Shown piece by piece: positions 10,101 to 18,530 of a DNA stretch of 59,096 bases. The translations under genes were made by a program, and so were the position numbers. The stretch is from a virus (Duplodnaviria > Caudoviricetes): positions 1 to 59,096 of the IMG/VR virus record IMGVR_UViG_3300021185_003222; one strand, 5' to 3'. The notes under the pieces were generated by a model. That model did not search any database. It was not told the DNA's origin and worked only from the letters and a program-made list of their open reading frames with translations. Numbering within the stretch: the stretch's first letter is position 1; every line of letters starts with the position of its first letter.

Positions 10101-13100
10101 ATCTTTACCAGTGCCTTCTATAATCATAGCGTCAAACTTACCGCTATTAACTAGTTTAACGCCATCCTTAACTCTACCAGCGTCCCACTCTTCTTTTGTT
10201 AACTCAATGTTATTATTCTTGTCTCTTGTTATTTTTAAAGCTTTATCAACATCTTCATTAAAAGATCTTTGTTCTGTTTTAGATTTAAAATAATTAGGAA
10301 CTTCAACATCTGTTTGTTTCTCAGACTCTTTACTAAAAAGATCTAATAAACCTTGATCTATTTTTTTATTTTTAGCTTGATTAAAAAATCTGTTTACAAC
10401 TCTGCCAATGTCTTCTCCAGTTGATAAACCTAGTTCTTTATTAAATATATTAGAAATTCTTTCTTTAACTCCTTTTATTTGTTTTACTTGATTTAGTTTA
10501 AGAGCATCTAGAAATATATTTAATTTTTCCTCGTACAAAGCATCTATAGATTTATCCTTACTATATTGATCTGTAAATCTTTTGTTTATAAGCTTTTGAT
10601 AGTGTTCAGGTAATGAGTTAACAAAAGAGTCTATAATTTCTCTACCTTTTTCACCTTTTAATGAGTTCTTTAAAAAAGCATGAAATAATTCGTGACTAGC
10701 AGCACTAGTAGCTCCTGTTCCTATCTCTCCTCCACCGCCAAGTATTCTTTGTTTGTTTATATATATTTTATTTTCTTTAGGGCTATATAAAGCATCTGAT
10801 TTTTCGTTATTTTTAAATGTTTTCTTCCATTCATCCATAGATGGTACCTCCACAACCTCTTTAACACCAAAACTTTCAGCTATAGATTTAGTAAAATCTA
10901 AATCAGACTTGTAGTCTACAGCCTCTACCTCTTTCATTTTGCCTATATTCTCCTGTTGCTTACCTGCTAGCTCTTTTTGTTCAGCTTTTAAAGTATTTAA
11001 CTTACCATCAAGTAAGCTCTTTTCAGTCATTACCTCAGCTCTTCTTTCTACAGGTACTCCATCAGACTTAGCTGTTTCATTATCAAGCTTTATTTGTTCA
11101 ATTTGATTCTCTACGGTAGCTATCTCCTTAGCCACTTCAAATTCTTTTTGTCTATCTTCTATAAAGCTTTTTTTAATATTAGGATCAGATATTTTTCTAG
11201 CCTGCATGCCAGTTACTTGACCTTGATTAACTAGAGCATTTAGTTGATTAAATTGAAAGCTTTTTGGATCTATACCCATCGCATCGGCGATAATTAAAGA
11301 TGTATTTCTATTTGTGTTGTTTTTACCTTTAATACCTTCTGTCTTTAGATTATCAAGAAGATCCATTTCTTTTAATGTCAACTTCTCATTACTAACAAGT
11401 TTTCTACCTATTATCTCAATTTGAGTTTGAGTAGATTTCATTTTGTTATCTCTTTCAGACATCCATGTTTGAGCGTCTGAAACGTCCTTGTTCATCTCAG
11501 CTATACCTTTAGCTGCTTCAAGCTCTGACAACTCCTTAGAACTTAATTCTTTGCCTTCTGTCTTTGATTTAAATGCTTTTTCTATAGTTGCATAATCATT
11601 AACTCCACTTAATCCTAATGTTTTATTAGCTTTTCTTACAGCTCCACTATTAGTTTCCATACCTTTAACTAATCTTTCTATAGATTTAACAGGTCTTCCA
11701 CCAATATGTAGTAATCCAAATTGTATTATTTCTTTAGCCCAAGCTCTACCACTAGTTAGATTTTTATATATTTCATCTAACCTATCTTTCTCTTTTGGAT
11801 CATTCCAGTCACCAACTAAAACTTCACCTGCTGATATTGCTTTTGATATTGTAGTTGGTATTGTACCAGCTACAGTTGCTCCAGCTACAGTCTTTAATCC
11901 AGGAATAGTAGAAAACGCTCTAATTATTTCCGAACCTCCACGCATATAGTTGGTTAATATTTTTTTAGATATTTTTTGAGTTATAACGTTACCTACTCCA
12001 AAAAAGAAACCATGCTCAACAGGCATTTTTTCTTCACCCATTTCCTCTAGAAAGCCATTAGCTATATTCATCTTTATCATTTCAGCAGATCCATGAGTAA
12101 TAAAATCTATAGTGCCGTTGAATACAGTTGAACCACCACCTCTAAAACTATTTTTCATTAGCTGGCCAAAAGGACCTCTTAAATATTTTAATGTAGGAGC
12201 TACGCCTGGTATTGTTTCTGCTAGTGCAAAAGCAGCTACCATCTTTAATAAACCTGGTGCTTCATCTACTAATTCTTCTCCAAAACTTTTTTCAATTACA
12301 TCATTCTTTAGAACATCTGGATCTATTTTTAAACCTGAAGCTTTTATTACAGCTCTAGTATTTTCAGCTAGCATTTCGGGATTTTTACCAGCACCTATAA
12401 AATCACCAACTTCAGACCAGTTTTCTGTACCTACAAAAGATCCTACTATTTGTGTATAATCATAGAAATTTGTTTCTTCAGCTGTCATAGCGTTAACGTT
12501 AAGCTTTAAAGCTCTATTTAAAACAGCTATATCATCTATTAAGGCATCGTGCTTTTTAGCTAAAGCTATTGAGTTACCGTCACTTCTTGTATTTTCAACC
12601 TCTGACAATATTTTTTTAAGACCTTTAGGCACAACTCCAGTTTTATTAAAATAGCTTATATACTTAGCATAATCAGCCTTAGACCTTTCAGACATGCTGA
12701 AACCGTCACCAATAGAAGAAGCTTCTAAATCACCAGACAGGTCACTCATTTCAGAGTATATACCTTTTAATTCATAAAACTTTTTTCTTCTTAGATCTTC
12801 TAAGTAATCTACAGTTGGTCTTTCTTCAAAGTTTAAAATGCTTTTAGCTTTTTCTGTAATTTCTTTATCACCTATTTTTTGTTCTTCTGTTGCTTTTGTA
12901 ATATCTATTAAAGTGCCAGTTTTATTATCATATATTTTTTCACCTAAGTTTAATTCTTTTTTTACATTTTGAAGATCTTTATCAGCTTCGTTTATAAAAG
13001 CTTCGTATTTTTTAGCTTCTTTTACATTTCCAGAATTTAAAAGTGTCTGCTGTTTAGCTCTTAAGCTATTAATAGAATTTTCAAATTTATAAACCTTAGC

Positions 13101-14258
13101 CTCGTTCTCATTTAAATTAGAGTAGAATAAAGCATTAAGCTGAGAGTCAACAAATCCTTTTTGAGCATTAGAGTCTCCATCAAATATTTTTAAATCTTTA
13201 TTAGCCTCATTAGTTGCTATAATATTCATATAAGCATCAGAAGCCTTATCATCAAAAACTTTTGAAGGATCTACTATTATGTATCCTTTTTTAGATATTT
13301 CTTCACTGTAAGCTCCAGGCATTGATAAATAAGATAAATCTTTACCGTTTACATTTCTAGGTATAACAATTAAATCACTATCAGAACCAACCGTCATGGG
13401 AGCAGAACTGTAACTAGAAGCTATATTATCAACAAAATCACTATGATTCTTAATTAATGAAGCGTCTATGTCAAGAAGTTTAGGAAGAACATCCTTAGCA
13501 TTTTCTTTGTTAACACTCTTTAATGGGTTAACACCTTTTTCTCTGTATTCTTCAGCTTTCTTGTATGACTCTTCGTTGTTTTTGTTAATATTTAGTTTAA
13601 TAGAGTTTTCAGGAACCTTGTGAGTGTAAGATTTTCTGTCTTGATAATCCACATTGGATTCTAAAACTATATCTATAGGGTTTTCTGTTACTAAGCTTTT
13701 TAAATTAGAACTAGTATTTTTATTTACAAAACCTACAAAGGTTTCATATGCTTTAGCATTTCCTTGACCTTTATTTCTATTGTATTCTGTGTTTAATCTT
13801 ATAGATTTACCTTGGCCAGTTGTTTTGTCAGTTACATATATTTGATCATACATATAACCACTTTGACCTATCTGTTCTTCAAACTCATAGTCGTCCCCAT
13901 ATTTTTCTTCTAAAACAGGTATTAAATCTTGTTCTTCAATATTATCAAAAGAGTTTAATTCTATATCTTTAAATTTTTTAATATTAGATTCTAGTTCATC
14001 TTCTTTCTTTACAGGCTTCACTTCGCTAACAAGTTCTTCAGCATCAACTATAGGTTCTTTAACTGATAAACCGTAAGTGTTTTTTATTAAATCTAGTTTG
14101 TTATCGTCGACACCTTCAGGGTCATACTTAGAGTATAAGTCATTTATTAATAAATCATAATCGTCACCATACGTTTCATTAATTAAATTAATTTTATCTT
14201 GGTCAATTTCTTGACCAGCTTTTTTTGAATAAAAATCTATTAAAAATTCATTTATCAT
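4161..14258 (-). CDS. Giant (3365 aa) internal virion/ejection polyvalent protein with HExxH zincin motif, sigma-2-like segment, HAD phosphatase and nested P-loop kinase
   Basis: Last gene of the structural arm after tail genes; HELFH (10680-10694), VFDFDDTL (DFDDT at 7422-7436), GGPGSGKS (7311-7334), VLTAR and FFADD HAD motifs. Confidence 0.75.
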   Translation of the reverse strand: MINEFLIDFYSKKAGQEIDQDKINLINETYGDDYDLLINDLYSKYDPEGVDDNKLDLIKNTYGLSVKEPIVDAEELVSEVKPVKKEDELESNIKKFKDIELNSFDNIEEQDLIPVLEEKYGDDYEFEEQIGQSGYMYDQIYVTDKTTGQGKSIRLNTEYNRNKGQGNAKAYETFVGFVNKNTSSNLKSLVTENPIDIVLESNVDYQDRKSYTHKVPENSIKLNINKNNEESYKKAEEYREKGVNPLKSVNKENAKDVLPKLLDIDASLIKNHSDFVDNIASSYSSAPMTVGSDSDLIVIPRNVNGKDLSYLSMPGAYSEEISKKGYIIVDPSKVFDDKASDAYMNIIATNEANKDLKIFDGDSNAQKGFVDSQLNALFYSNLNENEAKVYKFENSINSLRAKQQTLLNSGNVKEAKKYEAFINEADKDLQNVKKELNLGEKIYDNKTGTLIDITKATEEQKIGDKEITEKAKSILNFEERPTVDYLEDLRRKKFYELKGIYSEMSDLSGDLEASSIGDGFSMSERSKADYAKYISYFNKTGVVPKGLKKILSEVENTRSDGNSIALAKKHDALIDDIAVLNRALKLNVNAMTAEETNFYDYTQIVGSFVGTENWSEVGDFIGAGKNPEMLAENTRAVIKASGLKIDPDVLKNDVIEKSFGEELVDEAPGLLKMVAAFALAETIPGVAPTLKYLRGPFGQLMKNSFRGGGSTVFNGTIDFITHGSAEMIKMNIANGFLEEMGEEKMPVEHGFFFGVGNVITQKISKKILTNYMRGGSEIIRAFSTIPGLKTVAGATVAGTIPTTISKAISAGEVLVGDWNDPKEKDRLDEIYKNLTSGRAWAKEIIQFGLLHIGGRPVKSIERLVKGMETNSGAVRKANKTLGLSGVNDYATIEKAFKSKTEGKELSSKELSELEAAKGIAEMNKDVSDAQTWMSERDNKMKSTQTQIEIIGRKLVSNEKLTLKEMDLLDNLKTEGIKGKNNTNRNTSLIIADAMGIDPKSFQFNQLNALVNQGQVTGMQARKISDPNIKKSFIEDRQKEFEVAKEIATVENQIEQIKLDNETAKSDGVPVERRAEVMTEKSLLDGKLNTLKAEQKELAGKQQENIGKMKEVEAVDYKSDLDFTKSIAESFGVKEVVEVPSMDEWKKTFKNNEKSDALYSPKENKIYINKQRILGGGGEIGTGATSAASHELFHAFLKNSLKGEKGREIIDSFVNSLPEHYQKLINKRFTDQYSKDKSIDALYEEKLNIFLDALKLNQVKQIKGVKERISNIFNKELGLSTGEDIGRVVNRFFNQAKNKKIDQGLLDLFSKESEKQTDVEVPNYFKSKTEQRSFNEDVDKALKITRDKNNNIELTKEEWDAGRVKDGVKLVNSGKFDAMIIEGTGKDKMKISGDKIIIQGEAFSKDQFILDVRDKINDVVRSWDPQNIKGEKGGLAGWIFNPLNLNKKKLDVFKAYEKKALSDKAGRGEGQAELSLRVERSAEPFGAGRTNSLGMLSPESRFELSNEIKKKITDEGKYPFVPETMDAYLGTFDNLIKDIPYIAAKELKNDLTTFGKEVLKDPNFSFREEAITDPKKNLNIPEAKVAQRWMMGGGLNPNFAKAIDLMPYNNVPVLREYAYKGNTTERIKHPKSRKGDNYINISASSGKINQPTGIDRNIKRDFFTKTDQRIGNDFLWTKNKFSEEYFLGKIGIKDKRKEASFTQRESEAQTLKGVLRYITKEMTLKAFSERAQELGLSNQVNDLRSAKNIYSASQTALRDFDIPKQKDFLENKLSDIAQDFKVNYAGVPDRTQIRSVVKKYLFDDFYTTKDKNDIIDALAKGLKKAEASVEYNIKKYEEISKVDIEKFLKDHTKEIIEGDFERINEDYLGLKRGELQEVSTDPDVQKARRLRDEAAWSDYMENSTDKLKAAEVLSSLNEQYTNSSTIGGKRHVYWGGTANWRAGLNSVINKYGINLEKTTLTQGDKKLKVKKYGGSNFHNSETFIKQAGLNINSKLSDYKSGKVKELVEEYDRVALEARKFLETQILSETQAFVNGEITTTKSGVSPEAQMGIAMMALKNSMGSVLRLAAPVRGIYIPLKGEKLITTNSRKYIDPRDNKSKSEKLLTWEHNKSAEKMLLDLLKVYSNKDNLKTIEGTNKIELNQKGKTELELAYEDFYVNIIPYKMDGVLRRTGYEVLSPVDGTRYYNESSMYDPNMRSIYNFKTGKVEGEAWAKSAELAINPKLAKDNLKSDPVFAASESNTRTNVDFLNNAKNNDKALELARKPNKKPKKIRVFDFDDTLAKSKSLVFYNRPNTSGKPSPKRKAIFMIGGPGSGKSNIGKGLELGREGWKVVNQDIFIEAEKAKVGLPEAESMYSKEQKSQRSKIGFAGRKAAEAKMEKYRQAGEGMIIDGTGASYNATMKKVNKLKEQGYEVFMVHAETSTEAAVSRNKARKERSLPSFIVEKTSKAVQESVKKYREELGDKFIEIDTETIEYGKPLPKDFVNKVKTKVYENERGVLNAEEFARDGKSLIEEGAVMDFTDFNIVREGERGPMFKVAEKIRDARGTDDVFVLTARAPESQQAIHEFLKSEGLDIPLENITGLGNSTGEAKAQWLVSKAAEGYNDFFFADDAMANVKAVKEALEPLDIKSKTQQVFASNSENRSLEFNKLLEESTGIEYYKEYSAAKAKTIGASKGKFGFFIPHSAEDFVGLIYPTLTKGKLGDKQMAWYKENLINPYSRAMDNLSKDRVQLLTDFKALKKELNVPKDLRKEAKTGFTKEQAVRVYLFEKAGYGKELDKTLSKTDKADLMKVVESDSNLMTFAEQILSVTKGDGYAKPGESWLAGTITTDLLDLINTGKRSKYLEEWQSNVDQIYSKENLNKLEAIYGSKYRESLENILARMKAGKNRLAGGNRLSNQMLDYVNGSNAAIMFFNIRSAALQMISNINYVNWSFNNPLKAGAAVANQPQYWKDVTKLLNSDYLMDRRNGLKLNINESEIADAASTSKNKFKAGIQYILQKGYAPTQYADSFAIASGGATFYRNRINDLVKNEGKTLVEAEKQALIEWRQKSEESQQSADPSRISSQQSSDAGRLILMFANTPMQYARIQKRAFQDLKNGRGDAKENVSKIIYYGFVQNMIFNGLQNALFKIAADDDQTFENNGKAINRTVNGMLDGLLRGTGIGGASISVAKNFLLDIYERSNRDRPEYVDAAWKLTQFSPPLSSKINKIKQAAYPFDSKKRREEIYSKGFSLDNPAAMSGAKVISATTNIPLDRLLQKYDNIDAALAEDTETWQSIAMMAGWPKWNIMSEPTAPAMTDKQKADNKINKSKNRVKAASGSTDFETLKKLNKAEQVKMLKSLGYGTYRINKAKKEADRIKLIQDANKK

Positions 14259-15787
14259 AGTATGCTAGCTTTTCCTGAGTTTTCTGTAAGACCACGTGGG
14301 TCTTTTAATAATGCATTAACAGTATTTGCGTCTCTTAATCTTTGATCAGAAATATCAATTTTCTCATATCTCACTGTTCCACTTTTTGGATTTGGTTTAT
14401 ACTTAATAATAAGATCTTTTGAATTTACGTTCGATGCATCTAAAGCCGGCTGATATTGGTTTCCAACACCGTCAGGAAATTGTTTTAAAAAATTAGTTCC
14501 AGTCATTATAGTATTTGGATATTCTTCTATAAGTTTCTTTTTGACTTTGTCTTCGTTCTCGGCTATCAACTTTTGCTGTTTTAATTCCTGCATGCTTCCT
14601 GGCATTGCAGAACTATCACCGAAAGTTAAATTATTTTTAGCCCAGTCTTCATAATCCCCTCGTATTGTAACTGTTGATGTGTTTGGTTTGTTTTTATCTC
14701 TTTTAGAGTTATTATTTTTTGGCGCATATATTTTAACATCTGTAAACTTAGCAGACTGTGTACCATTTCTTTCCCTAGCTATTTCAATACTTTTTTCAGC
14801 TAATTTTAATCTAAGTTGTTGCTTTTGATTATCATCACCGCTCCAAGTTGTTTTCTGACCTAAAACATCTTTCCAATAAACTTTAGCATATATTGGATCA
14901 TTAGCCATTCTCATTATAGTTTTGTCATTATTAGACAACTTACCAGCTAAATTTTTAAAAGCTTTTTCATTAGGAACTAAACTTCCCTTAACCATAGTTC
15001 CGTCTTTCTCTGATTTGTAATCATAGTATTCAGTGCTATAATTTTCACCGTCAGCACCACCTAGTAACCCAACAGCAGTTGAAGAAAGCTGATCTTTATA
15101 AGAGGGAACTTTTAAAAACATATCTACCTCATCATCTTGAGCATTAACGTAAGCATCTATATTAAAAACAACTCCATCTCTAGTTAGTAAAGTTTGACCT
15201 TGATCATTAGACTCTAGTCCTATTCCAGGAACTCCATTAGACCAGTCTTGTAAAAGCTTAGCTTGGGGTAGGTTATTATTAGTTATACTTAATGAACCTT
15301 CTTCACCTATTGGATTTTTTAAAGCATCATCTATTATAACAGCTTCTGCCGCTGCTGAATTAACACCTGTAGAGTACTTATCTATTGAGCTGTCTATATT
15401 GGCAATCATTCTAGCTCCTATAACTGGATCTATATAACCTTCTTCATTAGGAAGTTTATTCATGCCTTGCTTTATTTTTACAGCTTCGTTTATTTGATTA
15501 TTCCAATAGTTGCTAGCTTCTTGTTGGTATGTTGTTCCTCCGCCTGTAACCTTACCGACTTTATCATACATAGTTGAAGCTGCTTTAGCGCTATCTTTTT
15601 GCATTTGTAGAATCTCTTTTCTACGTGCAGCATCCATTCTAGTGTCAAATTGCTCTCTAAGCCTTTTGTCGTTCATTTCTGCTATTCCTTGCTGCTGCAA
15701 GTTAGCACCTCTAGAATCTAGTCTAGGTGTTGCTATTTTACCTCCGTAAGAAGATCCTTTGTAAGCGTTTGGTTGTGGTAATGCCAT
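14255..15787 (-). CDS. Putative internal virion/ejection protein
   Basis: 510 aa; between the small and giant ejection-type genes as in podovirus cargo triads. Confidence 0.55.
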   Translation of the reverse strand: MALPQPNAYKGSSYGGKIATPRLDSRGANLQQQGIAEMNDKRLREQFDTRMDAARRKEILQMQKDSAKAASTMYDKVGKVTGGGTTYQQEASNYWNNQINEAVKIKQGMNKLPNEEGYIDPVIGARMIANIDSSIDKYSTGVNSAAAEAVIIDDALKNPIGEEGSLSITNNNLPQAKLLQDWSNGVPGIGLESNDQGQTLLTRDGVVFNIDAYVNAQDDEVDMFLKVPSYKDQLSSTAVGLLGGADGENYSTEYYDYKSEKDGTMVKGSLVPNEKAFKNLAGKLSNNDKTIMRMANDPIYAKVYWKDVLGQKTTWSGDDNQKQQLRLKLAEKSIEIARERNGTQSAKFTDVKIYAPKNNNSKRDKNKPNTSTVTIRGDYEDWAKNNLTFGDSSAMPGSMQELKQQKLIAENEDKVKKKLIEEYPNTIMTGTNFLKQFPDGVGNQYQPALDASNVNSKDLIIKYKPNPKSGTVRYEKIDISDQRLRDANTVNALLKDPRGLTENSGKASIL

Positions 15788-15808
15788 ATTTATATTTTAT
15801 TAATTTTT

Positions 15809-16546
15809 TTATGTCATGCCAAAATCATCGAAATCACCCGTGGTTCGTGCTTGTTGGCCTGCAGCATACGTTTGAATAGTATTTCCTGCAAATTTAGCAC
15901 CAGAAGCCCAAGTTTGAGCTCCTTGAGATATTCTTGCATTAGCATAAAAATCCTGCATATTTCTGTAATAATCAACTTCTGAAGCAGCTCTTGATATATC
16001 AGCAGCTTCTCTCTGTTCTTGAGCATTAAATGTAAACGCCTTACCTTGAGCTTTAGCTTCTTGAACTCTAGCTTTTTCACCTTGTGTAAGTTGTTGAGCT
16101 TGCATTTCACCTTTAGCAGCGAGTTGTTGGTTTGATGATTCTTGCTGTTGTATACTAGCAGTAATACCTCTTTTACTTTTTAGTGCGGCATTAGCTAATG
16201 CAGTTGCTCCACCAGCAGATGCTCCAGTTTCTCTTAAAGTGTCTAATGTGTTTGCTAAAGCAATATCAGCTTGTTCCATTTGCATTGTAGCAGCCTCAGT
16301 TGCTACTGCTAAGTTCGCATATGGATTGTCCATTCTCATCTCTGTAACTCCGCTGTAAGGGTCTACGATGTCTTGTCTGTTATCTCTTAAGTAATCTAAA
16401 CTTTCTTGAGCAGAGTCTTTTAAATCTTCCTGTCTTTTCATTTCTTTCTTCATTCGCCTTCCAGCTACTAGGTTTCCTATGAATTGACTAGAGCCGCCTA
16501 CGCTTTTTCCTAATAAGTTTAATCCAGGTATCGATGGTTGTCCCAT
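15809..16546 (-). CDS. Putative small ejection protein (Ala/Gln/Gly-rich helical)
   Basis: Gly-rich amphipathic termini, A/Q-rich core (GASAGGATALANAAL); follows tail genes. Confidence 0.6.
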   Translation of the reverse strand: MGQPSIPGLNLLGKSVGGSSQFIGNLVAGRRMKKEMKRQEDLKDSAQESLDYLRDNRQDIVDPYSGVTEMRMDNPYANLAVATEAATMQMEQADIALANTLDTLRETGASAGGATALANAALKSKRGITASIQQQESSNQQLAAKGEMQAQQLTQGEKARVQEAKAQGKAFTFNAQEQREAADISRAASEVDYYRNMQDFYANARISQGAQTWASGAKFAGNTIQTYAAGQQARTTGDFDDFGMT

Positions 16547-16557
16547 AATCTATAATT

Positions 16558-18528
16558 TTAATTTGATGAAATAACTATTTCAGAACCTATAGAAAATAAT
16601 TCTTTAGTCCCTCCGTAATTAGTTGATGAATCTGTTTTCAATGTTATAATTGAGTAAAAACCTTTTATTCCAGAAGAATTATTACCAAAAACAACTTCTC
16701 CTGGTTTAGGTCCAGAAATATTTTTCAAGTTAGAAAAGTACTTGTTTTCTTTTCTATCAAATCCAGCTCTTAATATCTGCGTGTTAACTGGTAGTGTAGA
16801 TGGATACTCTACAACGGTAGGTGGATCTGTACTTTGGTCAATTGTAAAACCTCCTTCGTAATAGCTTTTAACGCTACTAGCTATATCACTACTAGATATG
16901 TTAGCTGGTAAAAGAGGATCGTATGAAAGTACTCTTGAATCAACACCAGTTGTGCTAGAATACATCATTGATACTTCCCAACCATTTGAGCCTTCGTAGT
17001 TTATAGTTTTAAAGTTTTTAACCATATGAGGGTTAGCGTTTAGTATGCTTGTAATATTACTATCACTTGTTACTTTGTAAAATTCCCCTCTTTTTGATGT
17101 ATCTGAATAATGTTGAAATAAACCAATTGTTCCATATGTCTTAGGATCAACAGGTTTTTCACCATCAATTGTTTCTTGTATAACGCTAGTAGAGTAGAAC
17201 TTGTTTTTAACACTAAACATTTGATCTGGATTATAAGTAAAGAAGCTTACCCAACCTTTTATTTTCTCATCAAAGTTTAAAGTATAAAAACTAGTTCTTA
17301 AACCTTTAAATTCTCTTTTACCTCCTTCAGTGCTTGTCCAAGTCGTTTGTTGTAAATAATATTTTTTTAACGATAATGTATAGCATTTGTTGTGTGCATC
17401 CCAAGAGCCTAAAACTTTATCTTTTACTATAGCTCTAAATCCTACTCCAGTAGTCATTGCGGAAGTAACAATTATTTCTGAGTTTAGTACAACTCTTACA
17501 TTGTTACCAACTCTAGAAAGCGATGAAATACATGTTTGTGCAAAAGTTGATCCATTAGTATCTTGGATTATCATTCCAGGACAAAGCGTTGTCCATTGAT
17601 TTCCAGTGTCTATTTCAATATCAAAATAAGTAGCATTATCACCTACAGCGGCTACACTGTTATCAGCTTTATACCAAACAGGAGCACCTACGTATTTTAA
17701 GTCAATACTTCTGTACTCTTGATTTAATTCACCTAATTCATCTCTAAACCAGTCAAACATACCATATTCAGATATTTCTGTTATACCATCTCTAGATAAT
17801 CTTATTATAGCATTTCTATTTTTATCAGCATAGTATTTTCTAAAACTATGATTAGCAAAGCTTTCAGGAAACTTACTATTACCATAGTCACCAGCGTAAG
17901 GGGTGACCGGACCTATAACAACTTTACCAGCTGTAGTTACTTGTCCGCCTTCAGCTGTGTATATAACGTCTTTATCTATTAAAGCTTGACTACTTTTGTT
18001 TTCTTGAAGTATTAGTAAGTTGCCATCATCAGAGTGTATTTTCTGAATAGAACCATATTCTGGAGATACAGTCCTACTAATGTCTTCACCTACATTAAAT
18101 ACGTTTGTTTTGTTTACGTTAGTTCTATTATTTAAAAGTCCTGAGTATATTAAAGATGAAGATCTTCTCTGTGTAGAAGCATCGCTGTCAACTAAGTAAG
18201 CTTTAACACCTTGCCCAACCATATCGTTATTGTAACCTCCTTTTATTCTTGATTCTTCAAACGACCATCCTAAACCATTCATAAACCAGTTATCAGCCGG
18301 ATTAGAGTTTAAGTTGAATATATTTGTAGGAAATGGAGGGTAACCAGCTGGATCCCAAGGGAAGCCAAAGAAACCACCAATTGGACCAGCTTCATATATT
18401 TGAGGTATAGGATCAGCAGTTTCGTCCCAGTCTGGCGTTGGCTTTACGGTGTACACTTTCTCTCCTCTTGTCGGAACTTTCTTCGCAACAAAGGTGTTAA
18501 AATACTTTACTTCTAATATATAACTCAT
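16558..18528 (-). CDS. Tail nozzle/stabilisation protein, second subunit
   Basis: Beta-rich; YAGDYGNSKFPESFA...YYADKNRNAIIRLSRDGITEIS resembles crAss-like tail stabilisation proteins; position. Confidence 0.6.
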   Translation of the reverse strand: MSYILEVKYFNTFVAKKVPTRGEKVYTVKPTPDWDETADPIPQIYEAGPIGGFFGFPWDPAGYPPFPTNIFNLNSNPADNWFMNGLGWSFEESRIKGGYNNDMVGQGVKAYLVDSDASTQRRSSSLIYSGLLNNRTNVNKTNVFNVGEDISRTVSPEYGSIQKIHSDDGNLLILQENKSSQALIDKDVIYTAEGGQVTTAGKVVIGPVTPYAGDYGNSKFPESFANHSFRKYYADKNRNAIIRLSRDGITEISEYGMFDWFRDELGELNQEYRSIDLKYVGAPVWYKADNSVAAVGDNATYFDIEIDTGNQWTTLCPGMIIQDTNGSTFAQTCISSLSRVGNNVRVVLNSEIIVTSAMTTGVGFRAIVKDKVLGSWDAHNKCYTLSLKKYYLQQTTWTSTEGGKREFKGLRTSFYTLNFDEKIKGWVSFFTYNPDQMFSVKNKFYSTSVIQETIDGEKPVDPKTYGTIGLFQHYSDTSKRGEFYKVTSDSNITSILNANPHMVKNFKTINYEGSNGWEVSMMYSSTTGVDSRVLSYDPLLPANISSSDIASSVKSYYEGGFTIDQSTDPPTVVEYPSTLPVNTQILRAGFDRKENKYFSNLKNISGPKPGEVVFGNNSSGIKGFYSIITLKTDSSTNYGGTKELFSIGSEIVISSN

Positions 18529-18530
18529 AA

